The position numbers and the translations under genes are program-made. From the NCBI GenBank assembly GCA_043811535.1, contig JBDRNC010000011.1, positions 1 through 59,480 of the forward strand: DNA of 59,480 nucleotides, read 5' to 3'. Of the stretch, positions 1 through 9,143 are shown piece by piece. How positions within the stretch are numbered: position 1 is the stretch's first letter; every line of letters starts with the position of its first letter. Origin of the DNA: Elusimicrobiota bacterium (GTDB lineage Bacteria > Elusimicrobiota > Endomicrobiia > Endomicrobiales > JBDRNC01). A model generated the notes under the pieces. It was given only the letters and a program-made list of their open reading frames with translations, searched no databases and was not told where the DNA came from.

Positions 1-1
1 A

Positions 2-82
2 AGGAAGATGCTGGAGATCATTTACAATACGTTAAAAAACGGCTGGATGTTTGCCGATTTCAACAATTGGGTGTTGGAATGA
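2..82 (+). mobile_element. Probable C-terminus of an IS110-family transposase (partial, runs off window start)
   Basis: Frame 2 reads RKMLEIIYNTLKNGWMFADFNNWVLE*, resembling the (A)RKxLxIIYxxLK..W.F.DF C-terminus of IS110 transposases; an imperfect hairpin follows (83-131). Only 26 aa are visible. Confidence 0.55.
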
Positions 83-146
83 AAAATATCAACAAAAACA
101 GAGTAGATTTACTATTCTGAGTTTGATTTTTATCATAGGAGTTAAT

Positions 147-1310
147 ATGCTTCGTTATGTAACTGCCGGTGAATCTCACGGAAAACAACTAACCGTAATT
201 CTAGAAGGCATCCCGGCGGGACTGCCCTTAACCGCGGAATACATCAACCGTGACCTCGCCCGCCGCCAAACCGGGTTTGGCAGGGGCGCCCGGATGAAAA
301 TAGAGAAGGACGGCGTTGAAATACTGTCCGGCGTGCGTTTCGGAGAAACACTCGGCTCGCCTATATGCCTGGCTATAAAGAACATTGACTGGGAGAACTG
401 GCGCTATATCATGTCCGCCGAGCCTGGCAAGGAAGATTCAAAGAACGTTTACCAGGTATGCCCGCGCCCCGGCCACGCGGACCTTCCTGGCGCCATGAAG
501 TTCGACCGCAGGGATTTGCGCGACATACTTGAACGGGCTTCTGCCAGGGAAACCGCCGCGAGAGTAGCCGCGGGTTCGGTTTGCCGCAGACTGCTGGAAG
601 AATTCGGTGTAGGGATATTTTCGTTTGTCCGCGAAATCGGCGGTATCAAAGCGTCTATAGGAAAACTTGGCAATAAAGACATCGTAAAGCTTGCCGAGGG
701 CTCGCCTGTCAGGACTCCGGACGCAAAAGCGGAAAAAAAGATGATGAAACTTATCAATAAAGCCGGCGGAAAAGGGGACACCGTGGGGGGCGTATTCACG
801 CTGGTCGCCGAAAATGTAATACCCGGCCTCGGCAGCCACACGCAGTGGGACCTCAAGCTTGACGGAAGGATAGCACGCGGGCTCATGTCAATACAGGCTG
901 TCAAGGGCGTGGAATTCGGAATTGGATTTGAATTCGCCGAACGCCCCGGCTCGCAGGCGCACGACCAGATATTCTACTCGAAAGCGAAAGGTTATTACAG
1001 GGATTCGAATAACGCCGGCGGCGTTGAAGGGGGCATCACGAACGGCGGGGACATAATCGTCAGCTGCGCCATGAAGCCGATACCGTCTCTGAAGAAACCC
1101 TTGAGGTCCGTCAATATCAGGACAAAAGCGCCGAGCCCGGCCGAGGCCGTCCGCAGCGACGTCTGCGCGGTGCCGTCAGCCGGCGTGATAGGCGAATCCG
1201 CGCTCGGTTTTGAACTAACCCTGGCGATGAAAGAGAAATTCGGCGGCGATTCGCTAGTCGAGATGAAAACAAACTTCAATTCATACAAAAAGCAGATTGA
1301 GAGGTTCTGA
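147..1310 (+). CDS. aroC: Chorismate synthase
   Basis: MLRYVTAGESHG, RPGHAD, ERASARETAARVA and MKPIPSL motifs; AGGAG SD before ATG 147 (the track's start at 51 is too early). Confidence 0.97.
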   Translation: MLRYVTAGESHGKQLTVILEGIPAGLPLTAEYINRDLARRQTGFGRGARMKIEKDGVEILSGVRFGETLGSPICLAIKNIDWENWRYIMSAEPGKEDSKNVYQVCPRPGHADLPGAMKFDRRDLRDILERASARETAARVAAGSVCRRLLEEFGVGIFSFVREIGGIKASIGKLGNKDIVKLAEGSPVRTPDAKAEKKMMKLINKAGGKGDTVGGVFTLVAENVIPGLGSHTQWDLKLDGRIARGLMSIQAVKGVEFGIGFEFAERPGSQAHDQIFYSKAKGYYRDSNNAGGVEGGITNGGDIIVSCAMKPIPSLKKPLRSVNIRTKAPSPAEAVRSDVCAVPSAGVIGESALGFELTLAMKEKFGGDSLVEMKTNFNSYKKQIERF

Positions 1311-1311
1311 A

Positions 1312-1785
1312 ATGGGCTCGATGGACCTGAAAAATATTCTGGCGACTCTGCAGGCCATGGCGGAAGGCGAAATAGCGGTATGCAACTTATACAGGGCTTG
1401 CGCCGAACGGTGGCCGGAGGACAGGGATATCCTGGATACTCTCATAGATGACGAACTTAAACATTCCGCATACCTGAAAAAAATATACGAAATGGTGGAG
1501 AAAAATCCGGGAAAGTACGAGGTGGGACGTTCATTCAATCCTGTCGGAGTCAGGACATTCATAAGTTATGTGAATCAGAACACCGCCAAAGTAAAAAACG
1601 GCGGACTCCCGAGGGAAAGAATGATGAATATCGCTCTGGATATTGAGAACTCCCTGCTTGAACAGAAATTCAGCGAGCTTCTAAAAACCGGCGACATAGA
1701 GTTTGCGACGCTGGCCAAAGAGATAGACAGCGAAACCTTGAATCACAGAAAAAAAATCCAGGAAAGAATCGCTAAATCGAGATGA
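1312..1785 (+). CDS. Ferritin/rubrerythrin-like hypothetical protein
   Basis: E...Y, DELKH and ETLNH (ExxH) diiron-type motifs; start uncertain (1312 or 1321). Confidence 0.6.
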   Translation: MGSMDLKNILATLQAMAEGEIAVCNLYRACAERWPEDRDILDTLIDDELKHSAYLKKIYEMVEKNPGKYEVGRSFNPVGVRTFISYVNQNTAKVKNGGLPRERMMNIALDIENSLLEQKFSELLKTGDIEFATLAKEIDSETLNHRKKIQERIAKSR

Positions 1786-2297
1786 ACATTGTATTGACGG
1801 GCTTCATGGGAACAGGCAAGTCATACGTCGGAATGCTGCTCGCGAAAAAACTGGGCTGGCAGTTCTACGATACCGACGCGATGATAGAAAAAGACGTCGG
1901 GTATTCAATAAACGAGATATTCGCGAAAAAAGGCGAGCCGTATTTCCGGGATGTCGAATCAAAGGCCGTAAGGCTCGTGGCCATCCTGGATAAGGTCGTG
2001 ATAGCATGCGGAGGGGGAGTGGTACTGCGCAAGGAAAACATGCAGGAGCTGGGGAAAAACGGCGTTGTCGTCTGCCTTACGGCGACACCGGAAAAAATAT
2101 ACGAACGCACAAAATATGACACGACCCGCCCGCTTCTTAAAACCGACGATCCGGTATTGAAAATCAGGGAACTACTGGATTTCAGGAAGGAATACTACGG
2201 CAAGTGCGGGCTCATCGTCGACACTTCCGACATAACGCCCGAACAGGTAACTGAGAAAATACTCGCATTCCCGCAGATAAATAATTCGCTGAAGTAA
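1782..2297 (+). CDS. aroK: Shikimate kinase
   Basis: GFMGTGKS Walker A, DTD, GEPYFR, GGG and RPLL motifs. Confidence 0.96.
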   Translation: MNIVLTGFMGTGKSYVGMLLAKKLGWQFYDTDAMIEKDVGYSINEIFAKKGEPYFRDVESKAVRLVAILDKVVIACGGGVVLRKENMQELGKNGVVVCLTATPEKIYERTKYDTTRPLLKTDDPVLKIRELLDFRKEYYGKCGLIVDTSDITPEQVTEKILAFPQINNSLK

Positions 2298-2324
2298 TTA
2301 GCAATTGGCAATTAGCCATTAGCA
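2297..2324 (+). repeat. Heptamer array (ATTAGCA-like x4) starting at aroK stop codon
   Basis: attagca attggca attagcc attagca. Confidence 0.8.
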
Positions 2325-2374
2325 ATAACAAATCCGCAAAAAATATTTATTTTAGGATTGATAAGGAGACGGCC

Positions 2375-3475
2375 ATGAAACTTAAGGGAAAGAAGCGTAT
2401 CGGCATGCTGACCGGCGGCGGCGACTGCCCCGGGCTTAACGCAGTAATAAGAGCGGCTGTCAAGAGCGCGCTCAACCTCGGATGGGAAGTTGTGGGCATC
2501 CGCGACGGATTTGAAGGATTGAAAGACCCGGTAAGGATAGAAAAGATAACTTTAAAAAACATAAAGGGAATACTTAACCAGGGCGGGACGATACTCGGCA
2601 CGACGAACCGCGGAAACCCGTTCATGTCAAAGAAAACCGTCGGCGGAAAAACGGTGGAGATTGACACCTCAAAAGAAGTCGTGAAGAATTTTAGAAAACT
2701 CGGTCTTAACGCGCTCATCGCAATCGGCGGCGACGGGACCTTGGGAATAGCTGCGAAATTCATGGACAAAGGCATACCGATCGTTGGTGTTCCCAAGACA
2801 ATAGACAACGACCTTTCGTCTACGGTGATAACATTCGGTTTTGACACGGCGGTATCTACCGCGACGGACGCGCTGGACAAACTGCATTCAACAGCCGAGA
2901 GCCACCAGCGCGTGATGGTAGTGGAAACGATGGGCAGGTACTGCGGCTGGATAGCGCTCAACGCGGGCGTGTCCGGCGGCGCCGACGTTATTCTCATACC
3001 TGAAATTCCTTTTGATATTGATAAAATATGCGATGCAGTCAACAGGCGCTACGGCCCCAAAAGGTCAAATTTCGCTATAATCATGGTCGCGGAAGGCGCC
3101 AAGCCGAAAGGGCAGGGGCATTTTGTCAAAGTCGGCAAGGAGTGCGGGAAAGAGCACGTGATACTCGGAGGCATTGCGGAACATATAGCCAAAGAAGTGC
3201 AGAAACGCACAGGGCACGATGCGCGCTCGCTGTCGCTGGGGCACTTGCAGAGAGGCGGCCATCCGACGACGTTTGACCGGCTTGTCGCCACGCGTTTCGG
3301 CGCCGCGGCCATCAGGCAGGTGCAGAAAGGCCAGTTCGGCGTGATGGTCGCGTCAGTCCCGCCTACGATGAAACCCGTCCCGCTGAAGAAAGCCATAAGC
3401 AAACTCAAGACAGTCCCCGTCAACTGCGACACAATAATCTCCGCGAGACAGATGGGAATAAGCTTCGGAGATTAA
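2375..3475 (+). CDS. pfkA: 6-phosphofructokinase, group III type, probably ATP-dependent
   Basis: GGGDCPGLN, GGDGT, PKTIDND, ETMGR and LGHLQRGG motifs. Confidence 0.93.
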   Translation: MKLKGKKRIGMLTGGGDCPGLNAVIRAAVKSALNLGWEVVGIRDGFEGLKDPVRIEKITLKNIKGILNQGGTILGTTNRGNPFMSKKTVGGKTVEIDTSKEVVKNFRKLGLNALIAIGGDGTLGIAAKFMDKGIPIVGVPKTIDNDLSSTVITFGFDTAVSTATDALDKLHSTAESHQRVMVVETMGRYCGWIALNAGVSGGADVILIPEIPFDIDKICDAVNRRYGPKRSNFAIIMVAEGAKPKGQGHFVKVGKECGKEHVILGGIAEHIAKEVQKRTGHDARSLSLGHLQRGGHPTTFDRLVATRFGAAAIRQVQKGQFGVMVASVPPTMKPVPLKKAISKLKTVPVNCDTIISARQMGISFGD

Positions 3476-3482
3476 ATAAGAC

Positions 3483-3570
3483 GGTATCTGGTATTTGGTA
3501 TCTAGTAAAAACTTAAATGTCTTTAACCAAGAACCAGATACCAGATGCTAGATGCTAGATACTAGATACT
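3483..3570. repeat. Palindromic heptamer element (GTATCTG arm / CTAGATA arm)
   Basis: gtatctg gtatttg gtatcta ... ccagata ccagatg ctagatg ctagata ctagata. Confidence 0.85.
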
Positions 3571-3589
3571 GTTGTTAAAAGGAGTCAAC

Positions 3590-4210
3590 TTGGTAGAGAA
3601 AATTCTTGGAGCGTTATCGCTGTTCATCATCGGCACTATCAACAAGATGGGATATATCGGGATCGTATTCCTGATGGGCATTGAGAGCGCGTGCATACCG
3701 CTCCCTTCGGAAGTTATAATGCCTTTTTCGGGTTTTCTCGTAGCGCAGGGCGTGTTTAAGCTCTGGATAGTCGCTCTCATGGGCGCTATCGGCTGCGTGC
3801 TCGGTTCTATTGTCGCCTATTATGCGGGACTCTGGGGCGGAAGGGCATGGGTTGTCAAATACGGCAAGTATATTTTAGTTTCTCATCACGACCTTGACAT
3901 GGCTGACAGGTGGTTTAATAAGTACGGAGATATCACGGTTTTCGTTTGCCGGCTTCTGCCGGTTGTGCGCACGTTCATTGCGTTTCCGGCCGGTGTTTCA
4001 AAGATGCGCATGTCCACTTTCATCCTCTACACCTTTGTCGGATCGTATTTATGGTGCTACGCGCTTGCCTGGGTGGGATTGCGGATGGGCGAACACTGGG
4101 ATTCTCTGAGGGTTTATTTCCATAAATTTGACATAGTCATAGGCGCTGTTATTGTTATCGGCGCGGGGCTGTATATTTATCGTCACGTAAAGGGACTTAA
4201 GAGACAGTAG
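3590..4210 (+). CDS. DedA family membrane protein
   Basis: ESACIPLPSE, RLLPVVRTFI and PAG motifs; AGGAG SD before TTG 3590. Confidence 0.92.
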   Translation: MVEKILGALSLFIIGTINKMGYIGIVFLMGIESACIPLPSEVIMPFSGFLVAQGVFKLWIVALMGAIGCVLGSIVAYYAGLWGGRAWVVKYGKYILVSHHDLDMADRWFNKYGDITVFVCRLLPVVRTFIAFPAGVSKMRMSTFILYTFVGSYLWCYALAWVGLRMGEHWDSLRVYFHKFDIVIGAVIVIGAGLYIYRHVKGLKRQ

Positions 4211-4236
4211 ACCGAAGACGGAAGACGAAAAACGGG
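4209..4236 (+). repeat. Heptamer array (AGACGGA-like)
   Basis: agaccga agacgga agacgaa aaacggg; same unit recurs at 26618-26646. Confidence 0.7.
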
Positions 4237-4245
4237 GAGATTCAT

Positions 4246-4716
4246 ATGGCGGAACAGAATGAAATGCAGCCTAACGAGAAATACAAAGGCGTCAAAGGAT
4301 GGTTGCTGCTTTTTTGCATAATTCTGACAGTTATCAATCCAGCGCTGACGGTATTCGTTTATTTCGCGGATTTTCCCGGTTTTAACGCGCTGACATTTTT
4401 TGGTATTGTGGATACGTTCTGGATGGTACTGGTGACGCTGTTCGGCATGTACGCGGGCATATCGCTTTGGACTGTCAGGCCGAATGCAGTCAAGACTGCG
4501 AAAATATATCTGCTTGCCATAGCCGGCTACGCGGTGTTTATCGTGGGATACTCGTTTTTCATACTCATGCCCGAAAAACCCACCGCGTATAGGATAGGCA
4601 CCGCGGTCGGGGCGCTGCTCCGCCTTATGCTATACGCCGCCATATGGTATTCGTATCTGGACAGATCTAAAAGAGTCAAGGCGACGTATCCGCCGGGACA
4701 GGATATAGACCTGTAA
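4246..4716 (+). CDS. DUF2569-like membrane protein
   Basis: GVKGWLL N-terminus, four hydrophobic segments, W..YL..SKRVKATY C-terminus. Confidence 0.75.
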   Translation: MAEQNEMQPNEKYKGVKGWLLLFCIILTVINPALTVFVYFADFPGFNALTFFGIVDTFWMVLVTLFGMYAGISLWTVRPNAVKTAKIYLLAIAGYAVFIVGYSFFILMPEKPTAYRIGTAVGALLRLMLYAAIWYSYLDRSKRVKATYPPGQDIDL

Positions 4717-4824
4717 TAGATGCCTCAAACACGCAAAAAAATGCATGATATTGTTATTGAATATAATGCTATAAAGTATTCGTCACTGTTCGGGCCATTC
4801 TTCAAAAAAAGAGAGGTGATTACA

Positions 4825-5142
4825 TTGAAAAAACTTCTATTCGCAGCAATGGCACTCGGTCTTATGGTTTATCTGTCAGGATGCGCCAGTGTTTCGTCGC
4901 CTATAATGGGAAGTATATACACAGATGTCAAGGCTCCCCTTATGGCAACCAGTAACTCGGGCTCATCTAAAGTCGGCACAAGCGAGGCGACCGGAATACT
5001 CGGGATGTTCGCTACCGGCGATGCCAGTATTGAAACAGCCGCCAAGAATGGTAAAATCACTAAGATACATCACGTGGATTACCATTCAACAAGCGTGCTC
5101 GGCCTATTCTCGAGTTTCACCACGACCGTTTACGGAGAATAA
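4825..5142 (+). CDS. TRL-like family lipoprotein
   Basis: Signal peptide with LSGC lipobox; GDASIETAA..GKITKIHHVD motif; GAGGTG SD before TTG 4825. Confidence 0.8.
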   Translation: MKKLLFAAMALGLMVYLSGCASVSSPIMGSIYTDVKAPLMATSNSGSSKVGTSEATGILGMFATGDASIETAAKNGKITKIHHVDYHSTSVLGLFSSFTTTVYGE

Positions 5143-5174
5143 CCGTATTTAGTTCGTGATTCCAGCTAGAATAT

Positions 5175-5202
5175 AAAAAGCCCCGATTCGTCGGGGCTTT
5201 TT
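5175..5202 (+). terminator. Rho-independent terminator
   Basis: aaaaagccccga-ttcg-tcggggcttttt. Confidence 0.9.
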
Positions 5203-5292
5203 GTTTGCCTATCCGGAAATCACCCTCCGAATTTGTTTTATTGACGGATATTTGCTAAAATAAGCACAGAGAGTTTTAAAAAAGGTGCGTTG

Positions 5293-6651
5293 ATGAGAAA
5301 TAGAATCAAGGAAGGCACGGTACTTTTTATAGGTGTTCTGAAATGGTTCGTGCTCGCCACGGCAGTCGGCTCGATCGTGGGTCTTTCCACAGCGCTGTTC
5401 CTCAAGCTGCTCAACTGGAGCACTCTGCAGACAGGGCGGTTCGAATACTACTATTTCGCGCTTGTGCTTATATTCCCGCTTAGCGCCCTCATCATAAAAT
5501 ATCTTGCTCCGGCCGCGGAGGGCCACGGCACTGAAAAGGTCATCGAAGCTGTGCATAAGAATTCCGGCATGATAAATCTTGCCGTAGTTCCGGTAAAACT
5601 CTTAACTACTGTGATAACACTGGCGTTCGGAGGTTCCGCCGGGAAAGAAGGTCCCGCTGCGCAGATAGGGGCGGGGCTTGCATCATTCTTTGCCCGCCTG
5701 ATACGTCTTGATAAAAACGATCACAAAAAACTCGTTATTTGCGGGATCAGCGCGGGATTTGCCGCGATTTTCGGCACGCCCATAGCGGGCGCCATATTCG
5801 GGGTTGAAGTGCTTTTCGTGGGAAGTCTTCTTTACGACGTGCTTCTTCCGTCTTTCATCGCGGGCATAACCAGCTACCAGGTGGCGCACGCGTTCGGGAT
5901 AGAATATTTTTACCACCCCCTCACATTTGTTCCGGTTTTTAAGGAATCATTTTTTGTAGAAGTTGTTCTGGCCGGAGTATTCTTCGGAATAGCTTCCTTC
6001 ATATTTATTGAGATAATACAATTCGGAAAGAAATTGTCCGAAAAGATCAAGGCCGGTAATATATTGAAAGGTATTGCGGCAGGCGCGGTGCTTGTCGGGC
6101 TGACGCTGGTGTTTTCACGGCAGTACCTGGGCCTCGGACTTGACACAATAGAGGCCGCGCTTGAGGGCCAGGCGCTCCCGTGGTATTCCGCTATACTGAA
6201 GTCCGTTTACACTACGATAACGCTGAATTTCGGAGGGAGCGGAGGCATCATTACTCCCATATTCTATGTAGGAACCGCGGCCGGGAACCTGTTTGCCCGC
6301 ATTGCACACGCCGATCCGGCGACATTTGCCGCGATGGGCATGGTCGGCCTGCTGGCCGGCACGACCAATACGCCCATAGCCGCCAGCATCATGGCCATGG
6401 AACTGTTCGGGCCCAAGATTGCGCCGTACGCCGCCGTGATATGCGTTATCAGTTTCCTGATGACCGGGCACAGGAGCGTTTATCCGTCGCAGGTGCTTAG
6501 TATAAGGAAATCCCCGCATCTGGAGGCAGAGATCGGCAGGGAGATGGAAGACACAAGCACAGAGTTGAAGTTAAAAGACAAGAGCGTAGCCGGAAGGATT
6601 ATCGGATTTGTCAGAAAAATGAAAGAGTATATAAAAAAATATAGTGATTAG
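5293..6651 (+). CDS. ClC-family chloride channel/antiporter
   Basis: GGSAGKEGP, F.TPIAGAIF..E and GGIITP motifs; many TM segments. Confidence 0.92.
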   Translation: MRNRIKEGTVLFIGVLKWFVLATAVGSIVGLSTALFLKLLNWSTLQTGRFEYYYFALVLIFPLSALIIKYLAPAAEGHGTEKVIEAVHKNSGMINLAVVPVKLLTTVITLAFGGSAGKEGPAAQIGAGLASFFARLIRLDKNDHKKLVICGISAGFAAIFGTPIAGAIFGVEVLFVGSLLYDVLLPSFIAGITSYQVAHAFGIEYFYHPLTFVPVFKESFFVEVVLAGVFFGIASFIFIEIIQFGKKLSEKIKAGNILKGIAAGAVLVGLTLVFSRQYLGLGLDTIEAALEGQALPWYSAILKSVYTTITLNFGGSGGIITPIFYVGTAAGNLFARIAHADPATFAAMGMVGLLAGTTNTPIAASIMAMELFGPKIAPYAAVICVISFLMTGHRSVYPSQVLSIRKSPHLEAEIGREMEDTSTELKLKDKSVAGRIIGFVRKMKEYIKKYSD

Positions 6652-6678
6652 TGAATAGAGATTAGGAACTAATCTGAA

Positions 6679-6704
6679 AAAAGCTCGCGGAAACGCGAGC
6701 TTTT
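6679..6704. terminator. Bidirectional terminator between convergent genes
   Basis: aaaagctcgcg-gaaa-cgcgagctttt. Confidence 0.88.
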
Positions 6705-6727
6705 GTTTTGCAAATAAACTGTCGTTA

Positions 6728-6758
6728 ATATGTAATCTGTAATATGTAATTTGTAATT
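6728..6758 (-). repeat. ATTACA-family heptamer arm at stop of the minus-strand gene
   Basis: Minus strand reads TAAttaca aattaca tattaca gattaca tatt. Confidence 0.88.
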
Positions 6759-7230
6759 ATTTCTTTTCTAAAGCTTTATACACTTCCTCTAATTCGATGT
6801 CAGTGTTGACGCATCCGTCGCGGGTCAGAGGAACGAATTGCGCGATCAGGCCGTGTTTTTCGCTCTCGTCCATCCCCATCACGCCTTCATAATAGCATGC
6901 CACACCGAGTACGGCCTTCGGTTTTAGTTCTTCAGTGAGCTTTTTGACGGCTTTCCCGCCCTTTAATATGTAAATCGCTTTATACCCCAGTTCCTTTGAT
7001 TTTTTGCTGATGTTTCCTGTCTTGCATGCTCCGCATTCCATGCAGATGTAGTGGCTGCCCAGCTCTTTTGCCTTGCATTTCTCAATATTGCGCATGCAGT
7101 GAGGGACAAAAACCACCCGTTCCGTGTATGGAATCGCGGCGAATGACTCCGCCATCTTCCGGTTTTTCTTCTCGGTAAGCTTTCTGTTTTTCTCTTCGTT
7201 ATTTTTCTTAGGGAATATACACAATTCCAT
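6757..7230 (-). CDS. DUF116-like Cys-rich protein
   Basis: FVPHCMR..C.A, CMECGAC, GVAC and GCVNT motifs. Confidence 0.8.
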   Translation of the reverse strand: MELCIFPKKNNEEKNRKLTEKKNRKMAESFAAIPYTERVVFVPHCMRNIEKCKAKELGSHYICMECGACKTGNISKKSKELGYKAIYILKGGKAVKKLTEELKPKAVLGVACYYEGVMGMDESEKHGLIAQFVPLTRDGCVNTDIELEEVYKALEKK

Positions 7231-7257
7231 ATAAGATAGTTTAACAAAAAGAATAAA

Positions 7258-7339
7258 TAATTACAAATTACAGATTACAAATTACAGATTTACTGCCCAA
7301 TGCCCTTAATTTTTAATCTGTAATCTGCAATATGTAATT
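7258..7339. repeat. ATTACA-family palindromic heptamer element
   Basis: taattaca aattaca gattaca aattaca gatt / spacer / aatctgt aatctgc aatatgt aatt. Confidence 0.9.
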
Positions 7340-7350
7340 GACGTCCTTCC

Positions 7351-7379
7351 TTGCTCTATCGATATAAATTTAATATAAT
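7351..7379 (+). promoter_or_regulatory. Putative sigma70 promoter for aroB operon
   Basis: TTGCTC-17 nt-TATAAT. Confidence 0.5.
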
Positions 7380-7393
7380 ATTTCAGTAAGATT

Positions 7394-8500
7394 ATGAAAA
7401 AGATATTAGTCAAATTATCCGAAAGAAGTTACCAGATTTTCATCGGAGCCAAACTTGAAGATTTGGGCAGGCAGCTTGCGGGTATGAAGCTGTCAAAAAC
7501 CGCGCTTGTCGTGACAAATCCAAAAGTGGGAAAACTTTACCTTTCAAGGATTTCCGCCGGGCTGAAAAGAGCGGGATTCAAGGTTTCATCCTGCATCATT
7601 GGCGACGGAGAAGAATTCAAAACGCTAAACACAGTCAACAAAATATACGGCGCGATGCTTAATGCCGGGCTTGACAGGCGCTCGCCTTTGATAGCGCTCG
7701 GCGGGGGCGTTGCGGGCGACATAGCGGGTTTTGCCGCGGCTACATTCATGCGCGGCGTTCCATTAATTCAGGTTCCTACGACGCTTCTTGCGATGGTGGA
7801 TTCTTCTGTCGGAGGCAAGACAGGAGTGGACCTGAAAGAGGGGAAGAACCTTATAGGCGCTTTCTACCAGCCGAAACTGGTCTGGATAGATATTTCCACG
7901 CTTAAAACCCTTCCGGAAGAACACATCGCAAACGGCATGGCTGAAGTGATTAAGTACGGAGTCATAAAAGACAGCGCATTTTTCAAGTTTCTGGAAAAAA
8001 ACATCAATAAGATGCAGGGTCAAGGGTCCAGGGTCCAGGGTCCGGGAAAAACGGAAAAACTAATTGGGCATATCATTTCCACTTCATGCAAAATAAAGGC
8101 GGACGTGGTTTCCGGCGACGAGCGGGAGGAAAAAGGCCTGCGCGAGATACTCAATTTCGGGCACACGTTCGGCCACGCGCTTGAGACGCTGAATAATTAT
8201 AAGGGAATCCTGCATGGGCAGGCGGTCGCGATAGGGATGAACTTTGCCGCAAGCCTTGCTGTAAAGCTGGGAATGCTTGGAAAAAGCGATAAGGCGCGGC
8301 TGAAAAACCTGATTCTTCTGGCGGGGCTCGGCGCGTGTTCGCACAAGCGTTTTACGGCAAATCAGGTAATTTCCGTAATGAAACGCGATAAGAAAACCCG
8401 AAGCGGGAAGCTCAGATTCGTTTTACCTGTAAAAATAGGAAAAGTTACGGTGAAATCGAATATTTCGTCCGAACTGATAAGGAAAATACTAGAGAAATAA
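7394..8500 (+). CDS. aroB: 3-dehydroquinate synthase, with in-frame heptamer insertion at 8015-8042
   Basis: GGGVAGD, PTTLLAMVDSSVGGKTG, LNFGHTFGHA and HGQAVA motifs. Confidence 0.96.
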   Translation: MKKILVKLSERSYQIFIGAKLEDLGRQLAGMKLSKTALVVTNPKVGKLYLSRISAGLKRAGFKVSSCIIGDGEEFKTLNTVNKIYGAMLNAGLDRRSPLIALGGGVAGDIAGFAAATFMRGVPLIQVPTTLLAMVDSSVGGKTGVDLKEGKNLIGAFYQPKLVWIDISTLKTLPEEHIANGMAEVIKYGVIKDSAFFKFLEKNINKMQGQGSRVQGPGKTEKLIGHIISTSCKIKADVVSGDEREEKGLREILNFGHTFGHALETLNNYKGILHGQAVAIGMNFAASLAVKLGMLGKSDKARLKNLILLAGLGACSHKRFTANQVISVMKRDKKTRSGKLRFVLPVKIGKVTVKSNISSELIRKILEK

Positions 8501-8580
8501 TTACAAATTACAGATTACACATTACAAATTCACGGCGAAGTTACTTTAATCTGTAATATGTAATTTGTAATCTGTAATTT
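8498..8580. repeat. ATTACA-family palindromic heptamer element
   Basis: Begins in the aroB TAA; ends next to the aroQ SD. Confidence 0.92.
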
Positions 8581-8591
8581 CGGAGGTTTCA

Positions 8592-9035
8592 ATGCATAAG
8601 ATTCTCGTGATAAACGGACCCAATCTGAATCTCCTTGGCGAACGGGAGCCGGATGTTTACGGCAAGACGACTCTCAAAGACATTGAGGGCGCTATGAAGA
8701 AACTGGCGTCCGAATTAAAGCTCGAGCTTGATTTTTTTCAGTCCAACCATGAAGGCGAGATCGTTGAAAAAATCGGACAGAGCAGGAAAGCATATAAAGC
8801 CGTCGTCATAAATCCCGCAGCGTACACTCACACGTCGGTGGCAATACGCGACGCCGTGGCGGCTTGCGGACTGCCTACCGTGGAAGTGCACCTTTCGAAC
8901 ATCTACGCCCGCGAAGAGTTCAGGCACAAATCCCTCATAGCTCCGGTAGCAGCAGGCCAGATTGCCGGTTTTGGACTCGGTAGTTATTTGCTGGCTTTGC
9001 GCGCGGTATCAAGCATAATAAACTCGAAATCCTAA
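8592..9035 (+). CDS. aroQ: Type II 3-dehydroquinate dehydratase
   Basis: [27 protein letters not shown] and EVHLSN motifs. Confidence 0.97.
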   Translation: MHKILVINGPNLNLLGEREPDVYGKTTLKDIEGAMKKLASELKLELDFFQSNHEGEIVEKIGQSRKAYKAVVINPAAYTHTSVAIRDAVAACGLPTVEVHLSNIYAREEFRHKSLIAPVAAGQIAGFGLGSYLLALRAVSSIINSKS

Positions 9036-9143
9036 ATACTAAACACTAAATAAACCCAAAATACAAAAATAAATGTCTAAATTTGTATTTTGAACTTGTA
9101 AATTTGAGTTTGTTTAGTATTTAGAACTTAGTATTTAGTGTTT
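9024..9143. repeat. Palindromic heptamer element (CTAAATA arm / TATTTAG arm)
   Basis: cctaaat actaaac actaaat ... tttagta tttagaa cttagta tttagtg; overlaps aroQ stop. Confidence 0.8.
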
